Shown here piece by piece: positions 55,145 through 64,000 of a stretch of 64,000 bases of DNA. This stretch comes from an uncultured delta proteobacterium (GTDB taxonomy: Bacteria > Desulfobacterota > Binatia > Binatales > Binataceae): contig CAWEEQ010000004.1 in the NCBI GenBank assembly GCA_963808235.1, positions 64,001 to 128,000 of the forward strand, in the 5' to 3' direction. The notes below the pieces were generated by a model. The model did not search any database, had not been told where the DNA came from, and was given only the letters and a program-made list of their open reading frames with translations. Position numbers and translations under genes: made by a program. Numbering within the stretch: the stretch's first letter is position 1; every line of letters begins with the position of its first letter.

Positions 55145-58100
55145 TACTAAGCACCTTGCTGTTTTTTGATCCGTCAGTCTCGCCTGCGATTTTTTTGCGC
55201 GTGCCCATCAGGTAGATGCCGCCGGCCAGCGGCGTTGAAAGAAGCATCGCAAACGCGAGCCCGCCGATCACCGCGATAGCCAGCGGCTGCTGAACCTTTG
55301 CGCCGGCTCCGTATGCCAGCGCCAGTGGAAATAAACCCGCCGCGGTCGCGAGCGTCGTCATGATAATCGGGCGCAGGCGCACCTTGGCGGCGTCCGACAG
55401 CGCCGCGCGCGGCTCGGTGCCCGCTTCGACTTCGCGCTCGGCATGATCGAGCAGCAGGATGCCGTTCTTGGCGGTGATCCCGGCGACCATGATGATTCCC
55501 ATGAACGACGAAATGTTGAGCGTCATGCCGGTCAAGTAAAGTGCGATGAAACTCCCGGCGAGACCGGAGACCGCGGCGACGAGGCAAGCGATCGCCGGCG
55601 TCATCCGCGCAAACTCCCAGACCAGGATCAGGAACATGATGATCGTTCCCGCGACCAGCACCAGCGCCAGTTGCCGAAACGCCTGCTGCTGCTCTGCATA
55701 AAGTCCGCCGTACTCGAGCGACAAACCCGCCGGCAGCGGCATCTTTGCCAGGTTCGCCTTCACGGCTGCGACTCCGCTGCCGAGATCGACCCCTTCCAGG
55801 CGGCCGGTTACGTGCACCACGGCCCGTTGGCGCTCGCGGGCTATTTCGTTCCGCTCGCCCACGTAGTTGAGCTTCGCTACCGACAGGAGCGGCACGCGCG
55901 CGTTGGTGGACGATTTGAGCAGCACTTCGGAAAGCGTGGCATTGTCTTCGTGGAACGCGTCGGGGTATCGAACGCGCACGTCGACCAGACGATCTCCCGA
56001 GAGCACCTGGGTTGCGACGGTGCCCCCGATCACCGAGCTGAGCGCGACGCGGATGTCGTCGGCGCTCAGTCCGTAGTGCGCGGCCAGGATCTGATCGACG
56101 ACCAACTCCTGCTCCGGGATGCTGGTGACAATTCCGTCGGAGACGTCCACCAGACCGCGGATGCCGCGCATCCGCTCGGCCACCTGCCGCGCCGTCGCTT
56201 CGATAGTGGTCTGGTCGGAGCCGAACACTTTGACCTCAATAGGCTCCGGGCTGCCCGATAGATCGCCGATCATGTCCTGCAATATTTGCGAAAACTCGAT
56301 CTTCACTCCCGGCACCGACTCGAGGATTCGCGTGCGTACCGATTCGATCACTGTATCGATATCACGCGTGCGCTCCTGCTTGAGCCGCACAGACATATCG
56401 CCGCGATTCGACTCGGTCAGAAAAAATCCGAGCTGGGTGCCGGTGCGTCGCGAAAAAGAAGCCACCTCGGGCGTGGTCGTGAGCACTTTCTGGATTTTCT
56501 CGAGCAGCGCCGTCGTATCGTCAAGCGTGCTCTGCGGCGGCGTTATGTAGTCGAGGATGAACGCGCCTTCGTCGAGCGGGGGCAGGTAATCGGTGCCGAG
56601 GTTCCGATAAACTCCGTAGCCAACCGCGACCGAGATGACAGCCGCGACGATCGCGAGCGCAGGCAGTCGGATGAATGGGCGCACGATCATCAGATAGCTG
56701 CTCTCGATCGCGTGATAGATGCGCCCCGGCTCGCGCGCTTTGCGGCGAAGCCGTTCCATCGCGAGTTCGATCGCGGGCGTAAAATAAATTGCGAGCACCA
56801 GCGAGATCGCGAGTCCTCCGCCGAGCGTCGCGGCGAGCGATCGCGAAAAAACTCCGGTCACGCCCGACAGAAAAACCAGCGGCGCGAAGACCACGATCAC
56901 CGTCATCGTCGACGCGAACAGCGGCCGCCCGAGATGCGTCAGCGCGGCTCCGACCGCCGTTTCGGCCGACTCACCGGTCGCCAGTTCGCGATGAATCGCC
57001 TCGATCATCACAATCGCATCGTCGATGAAAAGTCCGATTCCCGCGGCCAATCCGCCGAGCGTCATCATGTTGAAGGTCAGGCCCGCAGCCTTCATCACCA
57101 CGCAAGTGATCGCGACCGTGCAGGGGACCACGATTGCCGCTACCAGGGCGCTTATCGGACTCATCGTGAATGCCAGCACGACCAGCACCGCGAGCACCAG
57201 TCCGAGCAGGATCGCGTCGCGGACACTGTTGAACGATTCGGTAACCAGGTCGGACTGGTCATAGGAAAATGTAAGCTTCACGTCGGGGTATCGCGCGCGG
57301 AAGTTTTCGACGATCGCGCGCGCGTCGGCGGCTATCTGCACCGTGTTTCCGCCCGGCCGCCGCGAGATTCCGACCAGCACCGCGGGGCCATTCTCCGATT
57401 CGGTGCGGATATAGTCTTCCTGGATTCCAAGTTCGACCGAGCCGATGTCACTCACCCTGACCGGTTGGGCGCCAGCAGTTGCAATTGGCAGCGCCGCGAG
57501 CTGATCGGCCTGGTGCAGATCGGTCGTGACGACGGTCAGCAGCATCCGGTGCGATTCATTCATCCGGCCCGCCGACGCAATGACATTATTCTTCGCCATC
57601 CCGCTCACGACGTCCCCGGGCGTCAGGTCATGCTGCAACATCCTCGCCGCATCCAGCCGCACCACGAACTCGCGATACTTCCCGCCGACCACTTCGACCC
57701 GGTAAGTGCCTTCGATCAGGTGCAAGCTCGGCACCAGCTCGTAATTTGCGATGTCGGTAAGTTCGGCGAGATTGCGGGTTTTCGAACTCAGACTCATGTC
57801 GATGATTGGAAAGGTGCCGGTCGTGAGCAGCACCGCATCAACCGAGGTGTCGGGGGGCAATTTGGATCGGACGTGCGCAATCGCGGCGCTCAGCATCTGG
57901 AAGGCGTTTTGCGGATCGGCGTCCTCGCCGAACGTCACGTCGATTTCAGAACTGCCGCGAGTAGTAGTCGATCGAACCAGGGTCACCCCTACGACGCTGT
58001 ACGCGGTTTCCTCCAGCGGCCGCGTCACCGAGGCAAGCATCTGCTCGGCCGGCAGGTCGCCGCTATCGGCGAGAATAGTCGCGCGTCGAAAAGTAATTTC

Positions 58101-58199
58101 AGGAAACACCGCGCTCGGGATCATGCGCGCCAGGATGTAACCGAAGATGCTCGCCGCGATCACCGCGATCAGCGCCAGCGTCGAGGTGCGCCGCGTCAC
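55038..58199 (-). CDS. RND efflux permease (CusA/CzcA/AcrB family)
   Basis: GLFIDDAIVMIE, KNGILL, RLRPIIMT; C-terminus probably over-extended. Confidence 0.93.
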   Translation of the reverse strand: MTRRTSTLALIAVIAASIFGYILARMIPSAVFPEITFRRATILADSGDLPAEQMLASVTRPLEETAYSVVGVTLVRSTTTRGSSEIDVTFGEDADPQNAFQMLSAAIAHVRSKLPPDTSVDAVLLTTGTFPIIDMSLSSKTRNLAELTDIANYELVPSLHLIEGTYRVEVVGGKYREFVVRLDAARMLQHDLTPGDVVSGMAKNNVIASAGRMNESHRMLLTVVTTDLHQADQLAALPIATAGAQPVRVSDIGSVELGIQEDYIRTESENGPAVLVGISRRPGGNTVQIAADARAIVENFRARYPDVKLTFSYDQSDLVTESFNSVRDAILLGLVLAVLVVLAFTMSPISALVAAIVVPCTVAITCVVMKAAGLTFNMMTLGGLAAGIGLFIDDAIVMIEAIHRELATGESAETAVGAALTHLGRPLFASTMTVIVVFAPLVFLSGVTGVFSRSLAATLGGGLAISLVLAIYFTPAIELAMERLRRKAREPGRIYHAIESSYLMIVRPFIRLPALAIVAAVISVAVGYGVYRNLGTDYLPPLDEGAFILDYITPPQSTLDDTTALLEKIQKVLTTTPEVASFSRRTGTQLGFFLTESNRGDMSVRLKQERTRDIDTVIESVRTRILESVPGVKIEFSQILQDMIGDLSGSPEPIEVKVFGSDQTTIEATARQVAERMRGIRGLVDVSDGIVTSIPEQELVVDQILAAHYGLSADDIRVALSSVIGGTVATQVLSGDRLVDVRVRYPDAFHEDNATLSEVLLKSSTNARVPLLSVAKLNYVGERNEIARERQRAVVHVTGRLEGVDLGSGVAAVKANLAKMPLPAGLSLEYGGLYAEQQQAFRQLALVLVAGTIIMFLILVWEFARMTPAIACLVAAVSGLAGSFIALYLTGMTLNISSFMGIIMVAGITAKNGILLLDHAEREVEAGTEPRAALSDAAKVRLRPIIMTTLATAAGLFPLALAYGAGAKVQQPLAIAVIGGLAFAMLLSTPLAGGIYLMGTRKKIAGETDGSKNSKVLSIRPDPAPAGSARAAHNCSTLDHRADDAPPARFSTP

Positions 58200-59240
58200 T
58201 TACGCACCCCCGCTCTCTGCTCGTCCGGTTTCTGCTCTCCCGCGACGCGCACGTCGAGCCCGTCGGACAAAGCGTATCCGCCCGACGTGACGACCTGGTC
58301 GTCCGCCTTCACTCCGGCAGTCACCTGAGCCCGCTCATGATCGCGAAGCCCGAGCGTGACGGCGGTGCGATGCGCACGGCCATCGGCGCCGACCACGTAA
58401 ACGTGGTACTTGTCCGCGCCGGGATCCTGGAACAACGCGGCAGCGGGAATTACCACCGCGTCGGGCGCGCTCGAAGTCTCGACTCTGATTTCGACGGGCG
58501 CGCCGGCCTCCGCGATTCGTTCCGCGCCTGCGAAGTCGATTCGCATTGCGGAACTCGAGTTGGTGGCGTCGAAGTTCGGCAGCGGGGGACCGACTCGCGC
58601 CGGAATTTCAACGCCGGGACGAATCGCAGTAGTCACCGTCGCGGACATCCCGGGCTTCATTAAAGACAACTCGCTGACCGGCACCGACGCTTCAATATAA
58701 AGGCTCGCCGGATCGATCAGGTCGATTAGCGTGTCGAGATCGGCGACCATCTGGCCGCTGCTCACGGGCGGTTGCGACACGACGCCGGCCTCGGGCGCAA
58801 CGGACCGGAATACCGGGGCTGTGATTGTAGCGGCTGACCGATTTGGCAAGCGCGTCGGCACTCGGCGGATCGATTTTGCGCGCCACCGCAAGGCCGGCCT
58901 CCGCGGCCTCGGTCTCGCGATTGATCACGTGCGCGACGACCTGACCTTTGCGCACGGAATCTCCGCTCACGAGCTTCAGTCCGATCACTCGTCCCGGCGT
59001 GGGCGCGCGAATGATCACGTGCCGGGCCGCGACCGTTTTTCCGAGCAGGCGAAGCTCGCTCTTCATCGGCTGAACTTCAGCTTTCGCGGCGGATACGAGC
59101 AGGACCGGCTTTTGTGCTGGCGCGCCTCGTCTTCGTCGCTATCGAGTTTTTCCGCCACCGCATCCGATCGACACAGTCATCGCAATTGCCAAACTAATGA
59201 TCGCGCAAAAGGTGTGATTTGAGCGTCTATGCGCCGTCAT
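58196..59240 (-). CDS. RND periplasmic adaptor (MFP), interrupted by indels
   Basis: Lipobox SIGC; IRAPTPGRV; stop at 59139-59141 and frameshift near 58802; DQVVTSGG. Confidence 0.8.
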
Positions 59241-60496
59241 CGGATACGGCCGTACAAGCAGGTTGGTCTCCGCCACCGCTTCTCGCGCGGCGAATTCCTG
59301 GTCGGGACGTTGGAGCCGTAGCTGCTCGGCCTGCTGATACGAATCCAGAACCTCGAGCATCGTCGCGCTCCCACCGCCCAAAAAGCGCGTCCACGTTAGC
59401 GCAAACGCGTCATCGGCAGTCGGTTGCGCCCGCGACAGAATGTCCAATTGGCGCACGGCCTGATCGTAGCGCAACGACGCATCGGCGATTCTGCGCGTGA
59501 TCAGGTATTCCGCCTGATGCGCTTGCGCGATCGCGGAGTGTTCCTTCGCCTTGGCTTGATCGATATGCGATGCGATGAGGCCGCCGTCGAAGATCGGCAT
59601 CGAGACGACTCCGTCATATGAAGCGCCGCCGAAATGTTCGACGGTCGCGGGCGGATCGATTCCAACAAATCCAGTTGTGAACGCGACCTGGAAGGTGGGC
59701 AAGCGCTCGGCCTGGCCGCCTGGATTTGCGAGGTGGCCGACAGAATCGCGCGGCGCGCCGCCTGGATCACCGCGCTCTGTGCGATATCGCCCGACGGCTT
59801 CGGCATCACGCCCACTACCGGCGCGATATCGAGCTCCGCCTGGCCGGGCTGGCCGATGAGCGCCCCCAGCGTCGCCGACGCGCGCTCGACGTTTCCGCGC
59901 GCCACGTCGAGTGCGAGTTCCGTGGTGTCGCGCGCGGTGCGAGCTTTCAGCACGTCGCTCGGAGTCATGCGTCCGTTTTTTTTCAGCGCGTCGATCGTTA
60001 TGACGTAACGGTTCAGCCGCTCGAGGCTCGCCCGCAAATCATTTTGCGCATCGTGCGCGCGGAGAAGATCGAAGTATGCGATCGTCGTATCAAAAACTAT
60101 TTGCGCGCGTGCCGCCGCCACTCCGAGCCGCGAGGCTTCCACCACGTATTGCGCCGCGCGCAGCCGCGCCTCGCGCCGCCCCCAGTCCCACGCCGTGTAG
60201 TCGAGCGTGAGCAGGGCCGTCGAGAGTCCGCGGTTGCTGATGGTCGGATCGTAACCGGGCGCCTGGAAGTACTCGACGCCGGTTCCCACCGTCGGAAACA
60301 GCGGAGCGCGCTGCTCGCGCACATGCGCGGCGCTCATATCGCTCGCCGCGGCGGCGATGTCGACTGAGGGCGCGACGCGAAGCGCGCGATCGATCGCGTC
60401 GGAAAGAGTAATCGGAGCGGCCGCTGCCACCGAAGCCCAAACCGCAACCACGGCAGCAAGCGCGGCCGCAAATGAGCGGCGGCAGGTTGGTCCCAT
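59237..60496 (-). CDS. TolC family outer-membrane channel, frameshifted
   Basis: ITLSDAIDRAL, AYFDLL, MPIFDGG, ATMLEVLD; frameshifts near 59713 and 59255. Confidence 0.85.
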
Positions 60497-60590
60497 GGTA
60501 AAATGTTAACAGCCGATCGGCGAGTCGTCTAATTAATAGACGTTCACAGAGTTAATGAACGTTCAGCGGAGCACTCGAAGCCGGCGATGC

Positions 60591-61964
60591 TCAGAGCGGC
60601 ACAGTCGCGCGCTTCGCGTCGCTGCGAGCCAGCGGCAACGTGACCACGAACTCGCATCCGCCGGACGGACGATTCGCAACCGCGATATCGCCGCCGTGCA
60701 GTCGCGCGATTTCCTTGCACAGGCTCAGCCCCAGGCCGCTGCCTTCACCAGTCGACGATGCGCCCCGAAAGAATCGATCGAAGACGAACGGCATCTCGGC
60801 AGGATCGATTCCCGGACCGCTGTCCGCGACGCGAATAACCGCGCGATCCGCGCCCATCGTGAGCCTGACTTCGATCGATCCGTCGGCGGGCGTGAACTTG
60901 AGCGCGTTGTCGAGCAAATTGACGAAGAGCCGCCGCAGGTGTCCCGCGTTGCCGTCGACGAACGCATCGCGACCGGCGCTTACCCGCAGCCGGATTCCGC
61001 GCGCCTGCGCGAGCGGCTGGACCGTTGACGCGATCTCGACGATCAACGCGCGAACGTTCAACCGCGCTTGCTCGACCGATACCTCGCCGTTGAGCCGCGC
61101 CAGCATCAGCAGCTCATCGGAAATTCTGCATAGCGAAAGAACCTCGCGAAGTGCGGAGGTGAGCGCGGCGCGATTGTCGTCGGCACTGCGCTCCCGCGCC
61201 AGCGTCACTTCAAGGCCGGTGCGGAGCACGGCGAGCGGGGTGCGAAGTTCATGCGCCGCATCGGAAGCGAAGCGCCGCTCCGTCACCGACGCGCGCTCGA
61301 GCCGCTCGAGTAGCGCGTTGATCACCCCGGAGAGCCGCGCAACTTCGTCATTCACCGGCGGAATCGGCAGCCGCGAGCCAAGATTCGTCGGTTGAATCGC
61401 GTCAAGTTCCGCGGTCACCGATTCGATTGGCCGCAAGGCTCGCGCCGCCAGCCAGTAGCCGCCCGCGACGCACAGCAGCAGCACGACCGGCACCATCAGC
61501 AGCAGGCTATTGCGCAGACTGTCGATCGATTCCTGCACCAGGTTCCCACTGATGCCACTTTGCAGGTACGCGGGCACACCGTCGAAGAGCAGCGGAACGA
61601 CTGCGAATCGCGATTCGCGGCTGGTCACGAGAATTGCGCGCGGCGGTAACTGCGCTTGCGGCGCGGGTGGAATCGTGTGCACATCGCCGAAGTTGTCGAC
61701 GATGCCATGGTCGGTGACGATTTGCACCCGCCGGCCTGGTCCGATGTCGGTCTCGCGGCTGAGCGCTTCCAGAATTGCACGCGTGCCGGCGAGATCGGTG
61801 CGCTCGATTTCCTTGGCCGTGGTGTCGGCCTCTTCGAGCAGCGCCGCATCGACCGCGCTCCACTGCTGGCGCTCAAAGAGTTTCAGGCCGGCGAATGCCG
61901 CGACCAGCAGGATCATGGCCAGCACCGCGGCCCAGTATATGGTGAGCCTGAGTCTGATCGTCAT
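60591..61964 (-). CDS. Sensor histidine kinase (CusS/CzcS-like)
   Basis: FASDAAHELRTPL, NLLDNALKF, GSGLGL. Confidence 0.93.
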   Translation of the reverse strand: MTIRLRLTIYWAAVLAMILLVAAFAGLKLFERQQWSAVDAALLEEADTTAKEIERTDLAGTRAILEALSRETDIGPGRRVQIVTDHGIVDNFGDVHTIPPAPQAQLPPRAILVTSRESRFAVVPLLFDGVPAYLQSGISGNLVQESIDSLRNSLLLMVPVVLLLCVAGGYWLAARALRPIESVTAELDAIQPTNLGSRLPIPPVNDEVARLSGVINALLERLERASVTERRFASDAAHELRTPLAVLRTGLEVTLARERSADDNRAALTSALREVLSLCRISDELLMLARLNGEVSVEQARLNVRALIVEIASTVQPLAQARGIRLRVSAGRDAFVDGNAGHLRRLFVNLLDNALKFTPADGSIEVRLTMGADRAVIRVADSGPGIDPAEMPFVFDRFFRGASSTGEGSGLGLSLCKEIARLHGGDIAVANRPSGGCEFVVTLPLARSDAKRATVPL

Positions 61965-61990
61965 TCGTGACAGTCACGACCGGCGCAGCG

Positions 61991-62671
61991 TCATTCCGCG
62001 CGCATCGTGTAACCTACTCCGCGCACTGTGACAATCAACGAGCGATCCGCGCGCGGATCGATCTTCTGGCGCAGGCGATTGACGAAAACCTCGATCAGGT
62101 TGGTCAGCGAGTTGTAGTTCGAATCCCAAACCGTCTCCGCGATCATGTCCCGCGTCACCACCTCTCCTGCATGCCGCATCAGCAACTCGAGCAGCATCTT
62201 TTCCTTGGGCGACAGGTTCAAGTTGTGCTCGCCAATCTTTGCGCGGCGTTTGATCGTGTCGAATTCGAGGTCGCCGACCTTCAGGATCGGCGAAGATTTA
62301 GATCGCGGACGCCGCGCCAGCGCTTTGACCCGTGCCACCAGCTCGGCAAATGCGAACGGCTTGGCCAGGTAGTCGTCGCCGCCGGCGTCCAGCCCGGCGA
62401 CGCGTTCCTCGAGCGCGCCACGAGCGGTGAGAATCAAGACCGGAGTTTGATTGCCGCCAGCGCGCTGCTCGCGCAAAAGATCGAGTCCACTTTTTCCGGG
62501 CAGTCCGAGATCGAGAACGATCAAGTCGAGCTCGCCGCGCGCGATTACTACTTCTGCCGCCTCCGCACTACCCGCGGTTTCGACGCTGAAGCCCTCTTCA
62601 CCGAGTCCCTGCTTGACGGCATCGGCCAGTCGGGTCTCGTCCTCGACCACCAGGATGCGAAGTGCGCCCAT
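61991..62671 (-). CDS. OmpR-family response regulator (CusR/CzcR-like)
   Basis: LVVEDE, DDYLAKPF, TVRGVGY. Confidence 0.95.
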   Translation of the reverse strand: MGALRILVVEDETRLADAVKQGLGEEGFSVETAGSAEAAEVVIARGELDLIVLDLGLPGKSGLDLLREQRAGGNQTPVLILTARGALEERVAGLDAGGDDYLAKPFAFAELVARVKALARRPRSKSSPILKVGDLEFDTIKRRAKIGEHNLNLSPKEKMLLELLMRHAGEVVTRDMIAETVWDSNYNSLTNLIEVFVNRLRQKIDPRADRSLIVTVRGVGYTMRAE

Positions 62672-62717
62672 GCCCTCGATGCTGCCATTTAAGCGCATCC
62701 AAAAAAAGACGGACCAA

Positions 62718-63359
62718 TCAGACCAGCAGGGTGACCACGCCGGCCGCCACCAACGCACCTGCCCAGATTGTATCGAGATTGATCCAGGCGCTGCGGAGGA
62801 TCGCGAGTCCGACGAAGTCGTAAATCAGGATCGCGATCGCGCCCATCACCACGACCATCGCGCCGGTATGCAAAATGACTACGCCGACCGCCTGCCAGAC
62901 TGTGTGCGCAGCATGAGCGGCGGCCATCTGATGCGCGCTATGAGCGGAGTGGGGCGTCATCCCGATCAAAATTGGAAAGAGCATCAATCCCGCGCCGTGC
63001 GCCGTGGCCATTATGAATGACCACAGCGCGAGTTCGGCGGAATTCACCCGCATCGCAACCCAGCGCGGATGCGCGCGCGGCCAGATGAAACGAAACAGCC
63101 CGAATCCGACGAGCGCAGCCGCGCCGAGCGGGCGAAGGAAATCAATCGCGACGAAAAATCGCAATCCGCCGATGATCGCCACCACCGCCGCAATCGAAGC
63201 GAGATGACCTATCGCAATCGGTCCGAGCGACGCGATCACCTTCGAGCGCCGCCGCTCCTGGAGCCCGAGCGCGACTGCGAACAGCCAGCCCATCGACGGA
63301 TCGATCCCGTGATATGCGCCGAGCGCAGCGACCGCAATCCACGGCCAAGCGCCGCTCAC
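62718..63359 (-). CDS. His-rich multi-TM protein coupled to SBP56 gene
   Basis: YHGIDP, GHLAS, AHGAG, HSAHSAH, HTG; 4-bp overlap with SBP56. Confidence 0.8.
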   Translation of the reverse strand: MSGAWPWIAVAALGAYHGIDPSMGWLFAVALGLQERRRSKVIASLGPIAIGHLASIAAVVAIIGGLRFFVAIDFLRPLGAAALVGFGLFRFIWPRAHPRWVAMRVNSAELALWSFIMATAHGAGLMLFPILIGMTPHSAHSAHQMAAAHAAHTVWQAVGVVILHTGAMVVVMGAIAILIYDFVGLAILRSAWINLDTIWAGALVAAGVVTLLV

Positions 63360-64000
63360 GGATAGCAGAACGAGTCGGACGACGAGTCGCCACCTTCGAG
63401 ACGGATTTGATGGGGCCGTTCGCCGTCGAAGGTCGTGAAGAACTTCGGATCGACCGCCATTCCGCCGGCCGGGTTGCAGTCAACTTTCGCCACCCATCCG
63501 CGGATTCCCTCAGGATAAAACTGAGCGTCCCAGGCGCCGTACAGCGAGTTCGAAATGTAAACGCGGCGCCCGTCGCGGCTGAGCTCGATCATTTGCGACG
63601 CGCCGTTGAGCGGCCCGCTCTTCGGGTGCGCGCCCTTCGAGACGATACCGCCGAGCCGCACCGTGCCCGTAAGCCGCGGCTTGAACGGATCGCTCACATC
63701 GTACTGCTTCAAGTCGCCGGTGCCGAAGCATGCGACGTACAGGAATTTGTCGTCGAGGCTGAGATTGATATCCGTGATGAGCGGCGGCACCGCCTTGAAA
63801 GGCTTCAGCGCGGGCGGCAACACGCTTTCGTCGGCCGGCTCCGCGGGAATTTCGATCACCTTGCGGATCTTCCAATCCTCACCATCGCGATGCCACAACC
63901 AAACCGCCGCCGACAAATCTTTGGTCGAGATGACCACGCCGACAAATCCATAGGTCTTGGTCGGGTCGTGCGAGGGGCGCAGCTCGAGCGGCATTTGCTG
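63356..64000 (-). CDS. Selenium-binding protein SBP56 / methanethiol-oxidase-like (5'-partial)
   Basis: PLELRP, ITDINLSLDDKFLY, SLYGAWDAQFYP, RLEGGDSSSD. Confidence 0.92.
   Translation of the reverse strand, partial: QQMPLELRPSHDPTKTYGFVGVVISTKDLSAAVWLWHRDGEDWKIRKVIEIPAEPADESVLPPALKPFKAVPPLITDINLSLDDKFLYVACFGTGDLKQYDVSDPFKPRLTGTVRLGGIVSKGAHPKSGPLNGASQMIELSRDGRRVYISNSLYGAWDAQFYPEGIRGWVAKVDCNPAGGMAVDPKFFTTFDGERPHQIRLEGGDSSSDSFCYP

Noticed and set aside
56286-58328. 680-aa plus-strand ORF
   Set aside because: Antisense shadow of the RND permease in GC-rich DNA

Overview
GC-rich bacterial chromosomal window. Gene content suggests Candidatus Binatota/Binataceae, but this is inference only. Left to right: (1) an esterase, a Zn-finger-like/XRE/ImmA-IrrE metalloprotease trio with a structured intergenic RNA candidate, an HCCA-isomerase and glgX; (2) a large general-stress/desiccation gene cluster (four BON proteins, CsbD, DUF3309, DUF1328, DUF883-like, PA2169, DUF4142, hemerythrin, metallothionein, NRAMP, Ku-LigD) around an NtrC-type activator and sensor kinase; (3) boxR-boxC-boxB with operators; (4) a small island with an AlpA-like HTH and a HipA-like kinase/DUF3037 module, plus REP-like repeats and a solo IS21 end; (5) pqiAABC; (6) a decayed tandem island array at tRNA-Leu(CAA) with three att remnants and an integrase tail; (7) an SBP56-membrane protein-two-component-RND efflux cluster. 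The most striking signal is 14 sigma-54 (-24/-12) promoter matches, mostly in front of the stress genes, including an unannotated 27-aa stand-alone SEC-C peptide. Several single-base frameshifts in otherwise intact genes suggest assembly indel errors. All family assignments are from motif recognition, not database searches.
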